Source of the DNA: Macrostomum lignano
Taxonomy: Eukaryota
Direction: 5' to 3'
DNA: 64,000 nucleotides
NCBI GenBank assembly: GCA_002269645.1
Contig: NIVC01001230.1
Coordinates: forward strand, 124,001 to 188,000
Of the stretch, positions 32,820-43,594 are shown piece by piece. Positions within the stretch are counted from its first letter, which is position 1. The number at the start of each line of letters is the position of its first letter. Under the pieces are notes generated by a model. That model did no database searches. It was not told where the DNA came from and saw only the letters and a list, made by a program, of their open reading frames with translations. A program made the translations under genes and the position numbers.

Positions 32820-33020
32820 ATTGACACAGAATCTGCCAAATCTAACTGATACAGAATCTGCCAAATCTAACTGACACAGAATCTGCCAAATCTAACTGAC
32901 ACAGAATCTGCCAAATCTATAACTGTCACAAAATCTGCCGAATCCAACTGACACAGAATCTGCCGAATCCAACTGACACAGAATCTGCCAAATCTGACGC
33001 AGAATCTGCCAAATCTAACT
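32820..33020. repeat. 25 bp tandem repeat (GACACAGAATCTGCCAAATCTAACT)
   Basis: About 8 copies. Confidence 0.9.
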
Positions 33021-33229
33021 GCTAAACTTGCTAATGTAGTTGAGACAGGAGTTTCCAAATTATTCAATAAAAAGCAATAAAATGGTTGCACTGGGCAAGC
33101 GGGTTTGCTTATCAGCGGTTATATTTACAATCAGCATTGACAATGGATAGAAAGTGAATTCTATTGTGCCATTTTCAACAGCTTAAAAATAATTTAGCCA
33201 AACAAAGAAACCACAAATTACTACCATAT

Positions 33230-33690
33230 TAACTGCCTTTTTACTACCAAATCTGCCGTTTTTTTATTGACTCTACCAGCCTTACTACCGAATCTGCAAT
33301 TTTTCTACAGATTGCGTTATTTGACACCCGAATCTGCCACTTTTCTACCGAATCGACCAGCTTTACTACCGAATCTTCCAGTTTTACACCCGAATCTGCC
33401 TATTTTAATACCGATTTTGCCAACTTTACTGCCGAATCTGCCATTGTTCTACAGATTCTGTTAATTTGACACCCGAATCTGCTAATTATACTACTGAATC
33501 TGCCATTTTCTACAGAATCTACCAGCTTTACTACCGAATCTTCCAGTTTTACACCCGAATCTGCCTATTTTACTACCGAATCTGCCATTTTTCTACATAA
33601 TGTTAATTTGACACTCAAATCTGTTAACTTTACTGCCGAATCTGCCATTTTACTACCGAATCTACCATTTTCGCAAATTTCAATACCGAA
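33230..33690. repeat. Degenerate ~19 bp repeat (TTTTACTACCGAATCTGCC)
   Basis: Many imperfect copies with an internal block duplication. Confidence 0.8.
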
Positions 33691-33743
33691 TTCAAAACTC
33701 AACGTGTCGCTCAACGGATCAATCAATCAGTCAATCAAGCAGT

Positions 33744-34345
33744 TCAACGCGGAGCGCCCAGCGCGTCCGGCATCCGCTCGACCGTGACCCGCCTGGCGTG
33801 CACGTACATGATGGGCACGCCGGGCACCCGGCGGAGTCGCCTGCGCAGGTCGCGATCGCAGGTGGCCACAATGTAGAATTTGTGATCGGTGACGCGGCGA
33901 ACCAGACAGTCGTCAGCGTAAGTGCCCTTGTGCAGGCAGGACAGCCGGTGCACCGGGGATCGTGCAGAATCTTCAAGGCCACCCGGTACTTCTCGCCCAT
34001 CTTCTCCATCTCGGCCAACACGCAGTCGGTGACGTACAGGACGCACTTGCCGTACAGGCAGTCCATGGCCGACTGAAACACGTCCAAGCGATTCTTAATA
34101 GCAAAGTTGACGTAGTTGGTGTCCAGCAGGATGTGATAGGGCGGCCCAATCTGGGTGTTGTAGTGCAGAAACATTGCGGAACTGACTGCGGTCTTGTGCC
34201 GAACAGGCAGCGGGTCGCTGTTGGTCTCGGCTGGCTTCCGCTTCTTGCCGGCCGGCTTGTCCCGGTCGCGCTTGCGGATCCGGCCATCGTTAAGGCTGAT
34301 CATGCGCTTAACCGCGGCGAACCGCTTCGCCTGCTTGCGCTTGGA
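33744..34345 (-). CDS. FCF1: rRNA-processing PIN-domain endonuclease FCF1/UTP24
   Basis: SKRKQAKRFAAVKRMISL..YNTQIGPPYHILLDTNYVNF..MDCLYGKC..HKGTYADDCLV..YIVATCDRDLRRRLRRVPGVPIMYV..ERMPDALGAPR*. One missing G at ~33957 (CGG/GTG) shifts the frame, probably an assembly error. Begins at splice acceptor CCCTCAG| with no ATG. Confidence 0.95.
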
Positions 34346-34404
34346 CTGAGGGGGTTTGTTCGGTGCGGACAGGATAACCTTGGGTGTCTGATGGGTAGCG
34401 ATTC

Positions 34405-34960
34405 CACTACTGGGTAGGGGTGTCCACTGCCTGATTGGGGTGTCCACAGCAAGATTGGGGTGTCCATTGCCTGATTGGGGTGTCCACTGAATGATTGGGG
34501 TGTCCACTGCCTGATTGCGGTGTCGACTGCCTGATTGGGGTGTCCACTGAATGATTGGGGTGTCCACTGCCTGCTTGCGGTGTCGACTGCCTGATTGGGG
34601 TGTCCAATGTTTTCTAGGGGTATCTAATGTTTTCTAGGGGTGTCTAATGTTTTCTAGGGGCGTCTAATGTTTTCTAGGGGTGTCTAATGTTTTCTAGGGG
34701 TATCTAATGTTTTCTAGGGGTATCTAATGTTTTCTAGGGGTATCTAATGTTTTCTAGGGGTGTCTAATGTTTTCTAGGGGTGTCCAATGGGTTTCTAGGG
34801 GTGTCCATTATCTGATAGGGGTGTCCATTGTCTGATAGGGGTGTCCACTATCTGATAGGATAGGGGTGTCCATTGTCTGATAGGGGTGTCTACTATCTGA
34901 TAGGGATGTCCACTATATGATAGGGATGTTCATTGTCTAGTAGGATGTCTGCTGCAAGAT
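34405..34960. repeat. 20 bp repeat family (GGGGTGTCCACTGCCTGATT / GGGGTGTCTAATGTTTTCTA / GGGGTGTCCATTATCTGATA)
   Basis: Three successive sub-arrays sharing the GGGGTGTC core. Confidence 0.92.
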
Positions 34961-35676
34961 AGGGAATCTATCTCTAGATATTTAATTTAATAAGATATCT
35001 GTTTACTGTTTACTGCCTAAGTGTCTAATTATTATAATTTATTCAGGGTGTTTCAATTACAATATAGGATTATACCTGTCTAATTCCAAATATTCACTAG
35101 AAGACAATAGTAGCCCTATCTACTTTAAGATAGGTTTAAAAAACAACTTAGAAACCATAAAAGATGTTTTAAAAATAGTTAAAAAGTATTTAATATCATC
35201 TTAATAAGGGCACTAGATAAAAAATTATATATCTATAAATTGTCTAATTGTTTTATAAGGTATCTTAGTAGCATTCTTTTATTTATTCTTTTATATATTT
35301 AAGCTTATCCCCTTCATGGCTAACTTTTATAAGTACTAGGCCTTATTGCAAGGCCTTTGGTTATTCTAGCTGGATTAAATTAATTTTTTATCATGAAATA
35401 AAAGATAAAAAGAAATCTTGGCATGTATTGACTTCCCACTATAAAGAATATTAGCAAAAAAGGAAAAAAGTGAAACAAAGGAGCAAAAAAGGTCATTTAG
35501 TGCACTGCAACAATAGAAATGACTCAATGAGGTTTGTTTTTTCTGGGATTATAATTTTGTATTGGAAAAAAATTTGGCATACACTGGCATACCAAAAAAA
35601 ATTGTGGGAGATTTTTTGTCTGACATATATTCAGGGTGCTCCACACTATGGCTTATAAATTGCCAATAGGCTATTA

Positions 35677-35863
35677 CAGTAGCGCAACCAGAAATTTTTC
35701 AAGGGGGGGCGGATTCTGAGGGTAAAGTCCCGGGAGGGGGGGGGCGGCGGAGGGGTGGCTCTGTTTTTGGCGAAAATTCGCTTGGTCCCCCCTTTGATTT
35801 TTTTTCGGTCCCCCGCCTAAGGGGGGGGCGACCGCCCCCCCGCCCCCCCTGGTTGCGCCACTG
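35677..35863. mobile_element. hAT-type MITE (187 bp)
   Basis: TIRs CAGTAGCGCAACCAG / CTGGTTGCGCCACTG; perfect 8-bp TSD GGCTATTA. Confidence 0.9.
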
Positions 35864-36009
35864 GGCTATTAAATGCTAAAAAAAGGCAAATTTGAATATA
35901 TAGTAAGCCTAGGTTTTCTACAATGAAAAAGCTTGCAAAATATCACTATTAATTTGAATAGGACCTATAACTATAAAATATTTATGTTTTTGTTTTGTTT
36001 TGTTTTTTT

Positions 36010-36140
36010 GTTTGGGAGATGCTTAGGCCTACTAGGCCTATCTGGCCTCTGGGAAGATGCTTGCTATCTGGGAAGATGCTTGCTATCTGGGTAGATACTT
36101 GCTATCTATTTTGCTATTTGCTATTTAAAAGGATGCTTGC
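36010..36140 (-). repeat. Degenerate copy of the 18 bp CAGATAGCAAGCATC repeat, inverted relative to 2097-2352
   Basis: GGGAAGATGCTTGCTATCTGGG repeated; reverse complement of the unit at 2.1-2.35 kb. Confidence 0.75.
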
Positions 36141-36815
36141 TTGCTTATCTTGGGGATTTTTTCTATTTAGCAGGAATGTCTATTAGGCCTCTATTTGTGA
36201 AAACTATATTTTGTTGTATTTCTATTAATTTTAGAAAAAAAGAAAGAGATTCATAGCAAACATCTTTTTCTATGACAATTTAATTTTATTTGAATAAGAT
36301 TATTTATAAAACTAAAGAAGGAAATATGCTTAAGAAAAGAAAATGAGCTTTTTTAATTATTTTTCATTAACACTTTTTGCTCCTAGCTTATTGTACACCC
36401 CAAAGGGGGCACTAGATTGCTAGTCTATGTCTATAATAAATAGACCTAGAATGTTTTATTGACAAAGGTACAAATTTCAAATTTAAACTATGTGGCATAG
36501 CTTTAAACCAACTACTGGGGCTGGAGCATAAAGGATAGGGGCCTAGGGCTAGGGGTAAGTGGGTTTCAGGCCTAGGAAGGTTCCTTGACTTTATAATAGG
36601 GGATTCATTCATTTTATAGACCTAGGGCCTATCTAATCTAAAAAAATAGATATGTGTCCCTATTGAAGTTGAGTGATATTGAGTTAATCCTCGATCTTAG
36701 ACTTAGGCCATTAGGACCACCTAGCCACTAAAGTTAAAACCTACGACTAGGCCTATATTCACTGGCACAATGATCGGCCTAGGTAGGCTAAGCAGTTGTT
36801 ACTCAAATGAAAAGA

Positions 36816-37118
36816 TAATAATAATAATAATTGATTACACCTGCCCAATGGGCAGATGTGCAACCGACAGCTCAGCCGCAGCTATTGCGCGGCGCATCTG
36901 AAGGCTGCGTACGGCTGTTCAGTCCAAGGACTGGGGGGTCGCCACACACACCCTCAATTACCCCAGCTAATGCTGGTACCCATTTTACAGCTGGGTAAAC
37001 TGAAGCAACGCAGAGTTAAGTGTCTTGCTCAAGGACACAAATTGTTGCAGAGGGATCGGGAATCGAACCCCCGACCTTCAAGTCGTGAGTCCGACGCCCT
37101 AACCACTACGCTACAACT
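36816..37118 (-). mobile_element. tRNA-derived CORE-SINE
   Basis: Minus strand: A-box TAGCGTAGTGG, B-box GGTTCGATTCC, CORE-like GTGTCCTTGAGCAAGACACTTAAC..CAGTTTACCCAGCTGTAAAATGGGTACC, (TTA)n tail, 13-bp TSD TCAAATGAAAAGA (36803 and 37119). Confidence 0.92.
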
Positions 37119-38000
37119 TCAAATGAAAAGAACAAATTGACTCTGCGGCCTGCGCAAACTACTTTGCCAACACTAGTTTTAAAATTTCTCACATGTCTTT
37201 CAGGCACCCTGGTACTTTACAATAACATTTCCATGCGCTTAGAGTCACTGTCTAGCGATCAGAACTGGCACAATAAGTGAAACACGTGAATAAAAACGTT
37301 CGTCCTATTAAATCCAATTCGAATTCGTACCTAAAAATACAGTTCAACAACCTAAATAACTACATAATACCTTAAAAACACTAGCGTTTTAAAAACAATT
37401 ACAGGATTTCAGCTTTAAATTCGCTTTCTTCAATTCATTTTGGCGCTTTTCTCCTTCGTTTTCAACCATGATCACTGCATGACTAAGATTATGGTTCTCT
37501 ATTTATTATTGCATGGGATGTACGTATACACCCCAGAAAATTGAACATTTTGTTCGAAGAAGACAATTCAGCGATCAAGTTCATAATGCAGTCAACCAGT
37601 TTTGCGCAATTCGAGTCGTGAAAACCTAGTCCCTCCTGGGTAAGCCCTAAGGAGGCCATTTGTAAGCCTACATCCAATTAATCACTAACTAAAGCACCTT
37701 GGATTAGCTACAAGGTATAAAATTGTGGTGTGTATGCTCGCACAGGGATCTAGACCTTGAAAAACAAAAGCTTCGATTTGAACAGCCAAAATCCTCGCTG
37801 CTTGCCAAAAATGGCTGCCTCCAGTTATAAAAAATCAAGGCTGATCGAGTCAACAATCAGCTTTCTTTTTTACTCGTCTGCAGCTGTTCATCAAAAAATA
37901 AAATACAAATGAATGATACGTGTACAAACTCATGCTCATATACCAACTCATACAGTAGGCTTTCGCTGCAAGTTACTTGCGACAGGTATTGAGATAAATA

Positions 38001-39959
38001 CTAACTATATACGATTGAATCTGATTCGCTGCAGCGCTGCAGCTCCGCCACTGTGCCGCGAATGTGACGCACGCACGACTCCAAGCTCTTCGTTAGCGTG
38101 AGCAGCGACTGCGACATGGAGTCGATGATTTTCGCCTCCCGGCGCTCCCGCTGAGATGCGGTCGAATGGTCGATAAGAGGCTGCACAGATGGCTCTGCAA
38201 GACCGTCATTGCACTGATAGTCGCCTTCGCAGCAACAAGTTCTAAAGTTGCAGCTGCAATATTGAGTGTCGCAGGCACAGAACTCATCGCTGCAGTCGTT
38301 TTCTTCGAAGTTCGACTGGTTTCCGTCGAGTACCTGCGTGTTCTCAAGCTCAGACTCCTCGACATCTTCGTCTTCAATCTCTTCATTTCTGTCATTTTCG
38401 CTGCCAAGATCGCAGATTGCAGGGCATGTCTGAAAGCTGCACGCCTTGCTCTGCTGCCTCCGGCGACGTCGTCCACTACCCGTCCCTGGACAGGAGAAAG
38501 TTGCAGAGACAGCAGAGCCGCTGTACCGCAGTCTCGCCCTCTCCAGCGTCTGCAGAAGGTGGTCGAATCCGCCTCTTGCAATGGCCGTATGCAGTACGGC
38601 TGATTCGGTCTCTGCTGACTGAGTTGAGACCGCCGAAGCTGACGGTGAATCCAAGGGAGCTCGCCGACGCTGCCGCCATCTCTTGTCTCCACGTCGTTCT
38701 GGTGCTGAGTGCACATTTGAGTAGCCAACTGATGTGCAGCAGTCGCTGTCGCGAGTTCGATGTGATGAATGTGGATCAGATGCAGGCGGCCACTGAAGCT
38801 TCATTTGTTGACAGTCGGTAGTGCAGCCGCAGTCGCCAGTACTGGCTCCACTTGAGTAATGCAAAGCCGGACACAGGACCTCAGTGAGAGGTTCGCACTG
38901 TGGCTCGTTGCACTGTATGCGCCACTGCTCCATTCGCCAATCAGCTGACGCAGTCGGTTTCTCCCTGATGCAACGTGCAGTCATGGGGTGACATTGCAGC
39001 TTGTAAAATGCAGCCATCTGCCAGTCCGTCACAGTCTCGTCACAGTCGGAAAGCTCACAGTAGAAAAGTACTTTTTCTCGCCGAGAAACAGCTGGTTGTA
39101 GGTTAATTGACTCGCTTCTCGACTCTGCACAGCTTTAATGACAGCTCTGTGGTTGCTGGTACAGCAGCTCCAGCTGAAGGTTGAATTCCTCCTTGAATTC
39201 TACGGCCAAGACAGGTGATGGGTCGTCAGAGACGCGGGATGTAATTTGATGCTCGAGAGCATACCGAAAGCTGCGGTTGACGCGGCGTGTCATTGAACTG
39301 CACTTCTGCAGAATGTTTTGTTCACTCGATAGCCATTCGATGGCGTCTCCAGTCGGACAGTCAATGCAGCGAAGGTTGCAGGGACAGTCGAGATTCGACG
39401 GGACCAAGTACGACCTTGGCGATGGTAGCACCTGTGCCGGAGTTGAGCTACAAAACACGATGCACCAGTGCTTCCTCACTGTCTTGATTACTGGTCTGTC
39501 TGTCTCCACTGGCGTTGGCATAGGTGTGCAGGACTCGAGCAGCAAATTGTGAGATACTTCCCTAGCTGGAGTAACCGGCAGACTCCTGAGGAAAATACTC
39601 TCGAAGAAGCAGTGAGTCCTCCTGCTTGCAGTCGCTTTCTCGTTCAGTGACGATACAACTGAACTCTCTGAGCGAGGCCTTGAATCCACAGCTGACCGTG
39701 ACCTGACAACCGCCTGCTGCAAGTCCGGGGTCAGGCAAACTTCCGCAGTGATGACTCGAGTAAGCTTATAGGTCTTTCTGCTTCGATCTGGGGACCGTTT
39801 GCAGCTCAACGGGGTGTCAGCGTTGAAGGCGTCGACAGAGGAGCTTCCGTCATCCGGTGGAAGCCGGAAATGCGCATCGCCAGCGGCTGCACAGCGTCGA
39901 AAGTCGCACAGACTGGGCGATGATGCGGCTTCGCTGATGCCTTCGCTGTTGAAGTACAT
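38001..39959 (-). pseudogene. Intronless Ser/Cys-rich orphan ORF, copy 1, interrupted by one in-frame TAA at ~39135
   Basis: ORFs 39135-39959 and 38001-39032 are in the same frame and collinear with the intact ORF at 55581-57509. Confidence 0.7.
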
Positions 39960-40849
39960 CTTTTAAGCACTGCATAACTTCAGCTTTGCTGCGTAAATTT
40001 AACTTAATTTTAGAGCATTCTTGGATACGTGTCAAAGTTGAACCCTAAACTATATAAACAACCAGAATCCTCGCTCATCTGATGTTTTACAAGCTAGGGT
40101 CCCAGTTGTCACAGAAGTTTTTGCATTGTAGCCAGCATAGTCCTAATAAGTAATATTTTTTCTGAAGGAGAGCCTTAAAAAGAACAAAATTACAGTTCTA
40201 CGTACGTAGCTCATTCAGTGTTTAGATCAGGTGATCGTACAACGCTGTTTATATTTTCTGTCGAAGATTGTCGAAGATGTCTAAAGAAATTTAAGCTGGG
40301 GTAACGCCGGCGTGAACGCAATCACAGACCCTTTGCAGGCCTGAAACAGCAGTGGCAATGAGATAGCTCATGGGATATTTCCCAAGCCAAAAATAGGGCT
40401 GAAACTCAGTGAAGAAGCGAGCGAAGCTACGGGGTCGACTAAGATCTATCCAATCAGAAAGCAACGACTGATGTTGAGGATGAAATTAATAGGGACCACG
40501 CCATGCAAGAGCCAATCAGAAGTGGAGAGGGTTAAAGCGAGCCCAAAAATGATTTCGATTTAAGCGCAAACGGCGTAAAACGACAGCTGAGGGTAAGGAA
40601 ATGGCAGGAAAAGGAAATGCTGGAGATGAAAAACTCAACACAAGCAGCCGCCGAGAGGTTAGTCTACTGTAAGTATACTAAATCCATATACTAAAAAATG
40701 GTTTATCGGTATCTATCTATGTCGGTATGTGATCGTTTTTTTCTGAAAATAGAAAAAAGAAAACTGATATTATGGTTAAAGCTAACGGTTAATTTTTCAG
40801 CAGTCAAATATATCTCAGGTCTCACAAACAAAAATCTCCCTGGTTCTTC

Positions 40850-41320
40850 CCCTCCGCTCTCTCTCTCTCATGCAATCCTACCCTCCGCTCTCTCTCATGG
40901 AGTCTTACCCCCCGCTCTCCCTCATGGAGTCTTACCCTCCGCTCTCTCTCCTGGAGTCTTCCCCCCGCTCTCTCTCTCTCCTGGAGTCTTCTCCTCCGCT
41001 CTCTCTCCGGGAGTCTTCTCCTCCGCTCTCTCTCCGGGAGTCTTCTCCTCCGCTCTCTCTCATGGAGTCTTCTCCTCCGCTCTCTCTCTCCGGGAATCTT
41101 CTCCTCCGCTCTCTCTCCGGGAATCTTCTCCTCCGCTCTCTCTCATGGAATCTTCTCCTCCGCTCTCTCTCCGAGAATCTTCTCCTCCGCTCTCTCTCCG
41201 GGAGTCTTCTCCTCCGCTCTCTCTCCGGGAGTCTTCTCCTCCGCTCTCTCTCCGGGAGTCTTCTCCTCCGCTCTCTCTCCGGGAGTCTTCTCCTCCGCTC
41301 TCGCTCCTGGAGTCTCCTGG
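40850..41320. repeat. ~27 bp CT-rich minisatellite (CCGGGAGTCTTCTCCTCCGCTCTCTCT)
   Basis: About 17 copies. Confidence 0.93.
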
Positions 41321-41427
41321 AGCCTAATAAATGGAACTCACCCAAGTCATTTCATTGGCCGAGAGAGGCCATAGACAAGACGCCTCCATATATATTAAGT
41401 AACATTTCCACGAAAAAAAATTTCTCT

Positions 41428-41472
41428 CAGCCAATTAAAGCGCGCGGGAAAACGCGGAACTTGAATTTGAAT
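41428..41472 (+). promoter_or_regulatory. Candidate promoter cluster: CCAAT, E2F-like GCGCGGGAAA, CHR-like TTTGAA
   Basis: Motifs adjacent, ~200 bp upstream of ATG 41661; further CCAATCAGA at ~40450 and ~40513. Motif match only. Confidence 0.3.
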
Positions 41473-41660
41473 TTCCTACACTCTGATTATTTCATCTGTG
41501 TCACGGAATCCAGATCCTTTTGGTAGTTTTTGGTTTATGGCTTAACCCGCTTCTTCAACTACGAAGCTAAGTCTCAGAGTCAAGAGTCAGCTAAGAGTCT
41601 CAAGTGAAGCTAGCCTTAAAGCTTGTAAATAATTTTTGACAGCAAAGCCACCAAAAAGGC

Positions 41661-42456
41661 ATGGCAGCTGAGAGCCACTACCGGGACGTCAGCCACATGC
41701 GACTGCACCTGTCGAGCTCCCTGGCTAGCCTGGCCAATCGCGATGCCTCCTACCGGTCGGCTCTGCCGGGCATCGCCGAGATCCACGCCGACTGCTTGCA
41801 GCTGGCCGCCGATGAAATCGATTGCGAATCGCTGAGAGCGGCCTACTCAACCGTATCCATCCAGGCCGAGTCCGCCGATGCCGATCGAACTCGTCGATGG
41901 CGCCGGATGCTGGCGGACACCTCCCAGCTGTGGCTGCAGCGCAGCCGAGCAGTTGAACGGCTGGTCTGCCGGCTGGAGGCCGCCTTCCTGCGTCACGTGA
42001 TCAAGTTTGCCGACGAAGTCGACCGCGGCGACCCGGATGTTGGAACTGAGTGAGTCGCAACCGGAGCAAAGATCAATAAATTTTGCAAGAACTTGGCATT
42101 GGCGTTCATTTAAGTCCATTTATTCATGTTCTAGATGCTAATTGAACTCACTGTTAGTAATTTCACACGGATCTTTTCAACAGGGCTCGTCGACTCGGTC
42201 AGCTGGCGGAGACTCTGGGCGCACTGGCCGACAGGCTGGACTACTCACTGAGCTGCGAGTTTGAACTGTGCCAGAGCCGAATTTGCCAATTTCTGGCCTC
42301 TAAGGACGGGCAGCAGCACAGGACTGCAATTGGTGAGTTCGAAGCTGTATGCTGAATCGCTATATGGGTTATAAACACTGAATCACTATAAAACATTTTA
42401 CTGTCTTCTGCTCAAACTTACTAGCAGGCTCCATGCAGAGGCGAGAGCAACAACAA

Positions 42457-42487
<31 letters not shown>

Positions 42488-42726
42488 CACTGCCGCCCCA
42501 GGCGATGCCTGGTCAGTACTGGCCGGCCACTGCCAGCGGCCTGGAGATCTCTCAGCAACCTTGGGAGCAATTTTTACCCGCTGGTCGGTGGCTTTTATGG
42601 CTCGTTGTGGTGGCAATTCTGGTGGCAGCTGCACTCAAATTGTGGAGCATCTTTCGAACCGAATCCTGCGGCTGGACATTCGATTGGCAGGTGCTGAACG
42701 AGCGTGATGGTTACAGGCCCTACTGA
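41661..42726 (+). CDS. Three-exon helical protein (~278 aa) with poly-Q, C-terminal TM helix and short KASH-like tail
   Basis: Exons 41661-42049, 42184-42332 and 42428-42726, with GTGAGT donors and CAG acceptors that keep frame. TM segment WLLWLVVVAILVAAALKLW, then SIFRTESCGWTFDWQVLNERDGYRPY*. Confidence 0.8.
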
Positions 42727-43594
42727 GCAGTTTTTGGCTTGTTAGCGTGCTCAATCCAGCTGCCCTGTTTATTGTGCTGAATACACTTTGCTGATCTCTG
42801 CATGGCTAATAAGACTGCCGCTTAATTCATTCTTCATCTAATCAGTAACCAGTTGGCCGAAAAGTCCCTTGATTTTTTGTTTTGTACAAAAATCACTTCG
42901 TAAATATGCAACCCATACGTCTCCTTCTAAAAGTGTACATGTTTGCCTCGCGTTCTACCTTCAGGCATGCTCGTTTGCATCGCCAATTGACAGGCAAGCC
43001 ATTCTAGAGAATATTCGAATCATTCGTACTTGCTATATGGGGTGCTAGAGCACTCATGCAGAGTGACTTGCTATAATTTTCCATTCTGTAGCGTTCAACA
43101 ATGCCTGAGATTCGTCAATTGTCCCACTGACCACTGTTCATCGGAGCACTCTATAATTGTCCTTTTACATGCTGGACCATCCCGTGATGGCGATTTGTCA
43201 CGCTTTCGGATGATTTTCAAGATCTCGGTTGATTTTTCGTGTTACACGACTGTCACTGCCGCAGTTTGTGTTTGGCACTCGGTCCTTAAATACATGTATG
43301 TAGTGTAGACCCATGCTACACCTGTCGTAATCCCTGTACAATTGAGCATGTACGATTGGACCAACATGTAATGAAAAATAGTTGTACTGTTGCCAAATAT
43401 TAGATGCATTCCCATAATTGCACGCATAATGCGTTGCATTTGCATATTAGCTCGAAATCCTCCCGAGAAGTAAAAATCTCGCTATGCATATTTAATTATG
43501 ATTGACATTAAAATTTGTTGTTCTGTCGTTATCTTCCACATGGCAAAATTTTGACTTTTCTGTATTCTTGGAAGTCGGTCCACGTGCGCTGCGT

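Noticed and set aside
37040-37118. tRNA gene
   Set aside because: It is the tRNA-like head of a SINE: it continues into a CORE domain and (TTA)n tail and is bounded by a TSD.
42950-43300. Possible decayed hAT transposase fragment on the minus strand (LLNATEWKII..)
   Set aside because: Several stops and only a vague motif resemblance; too weak.
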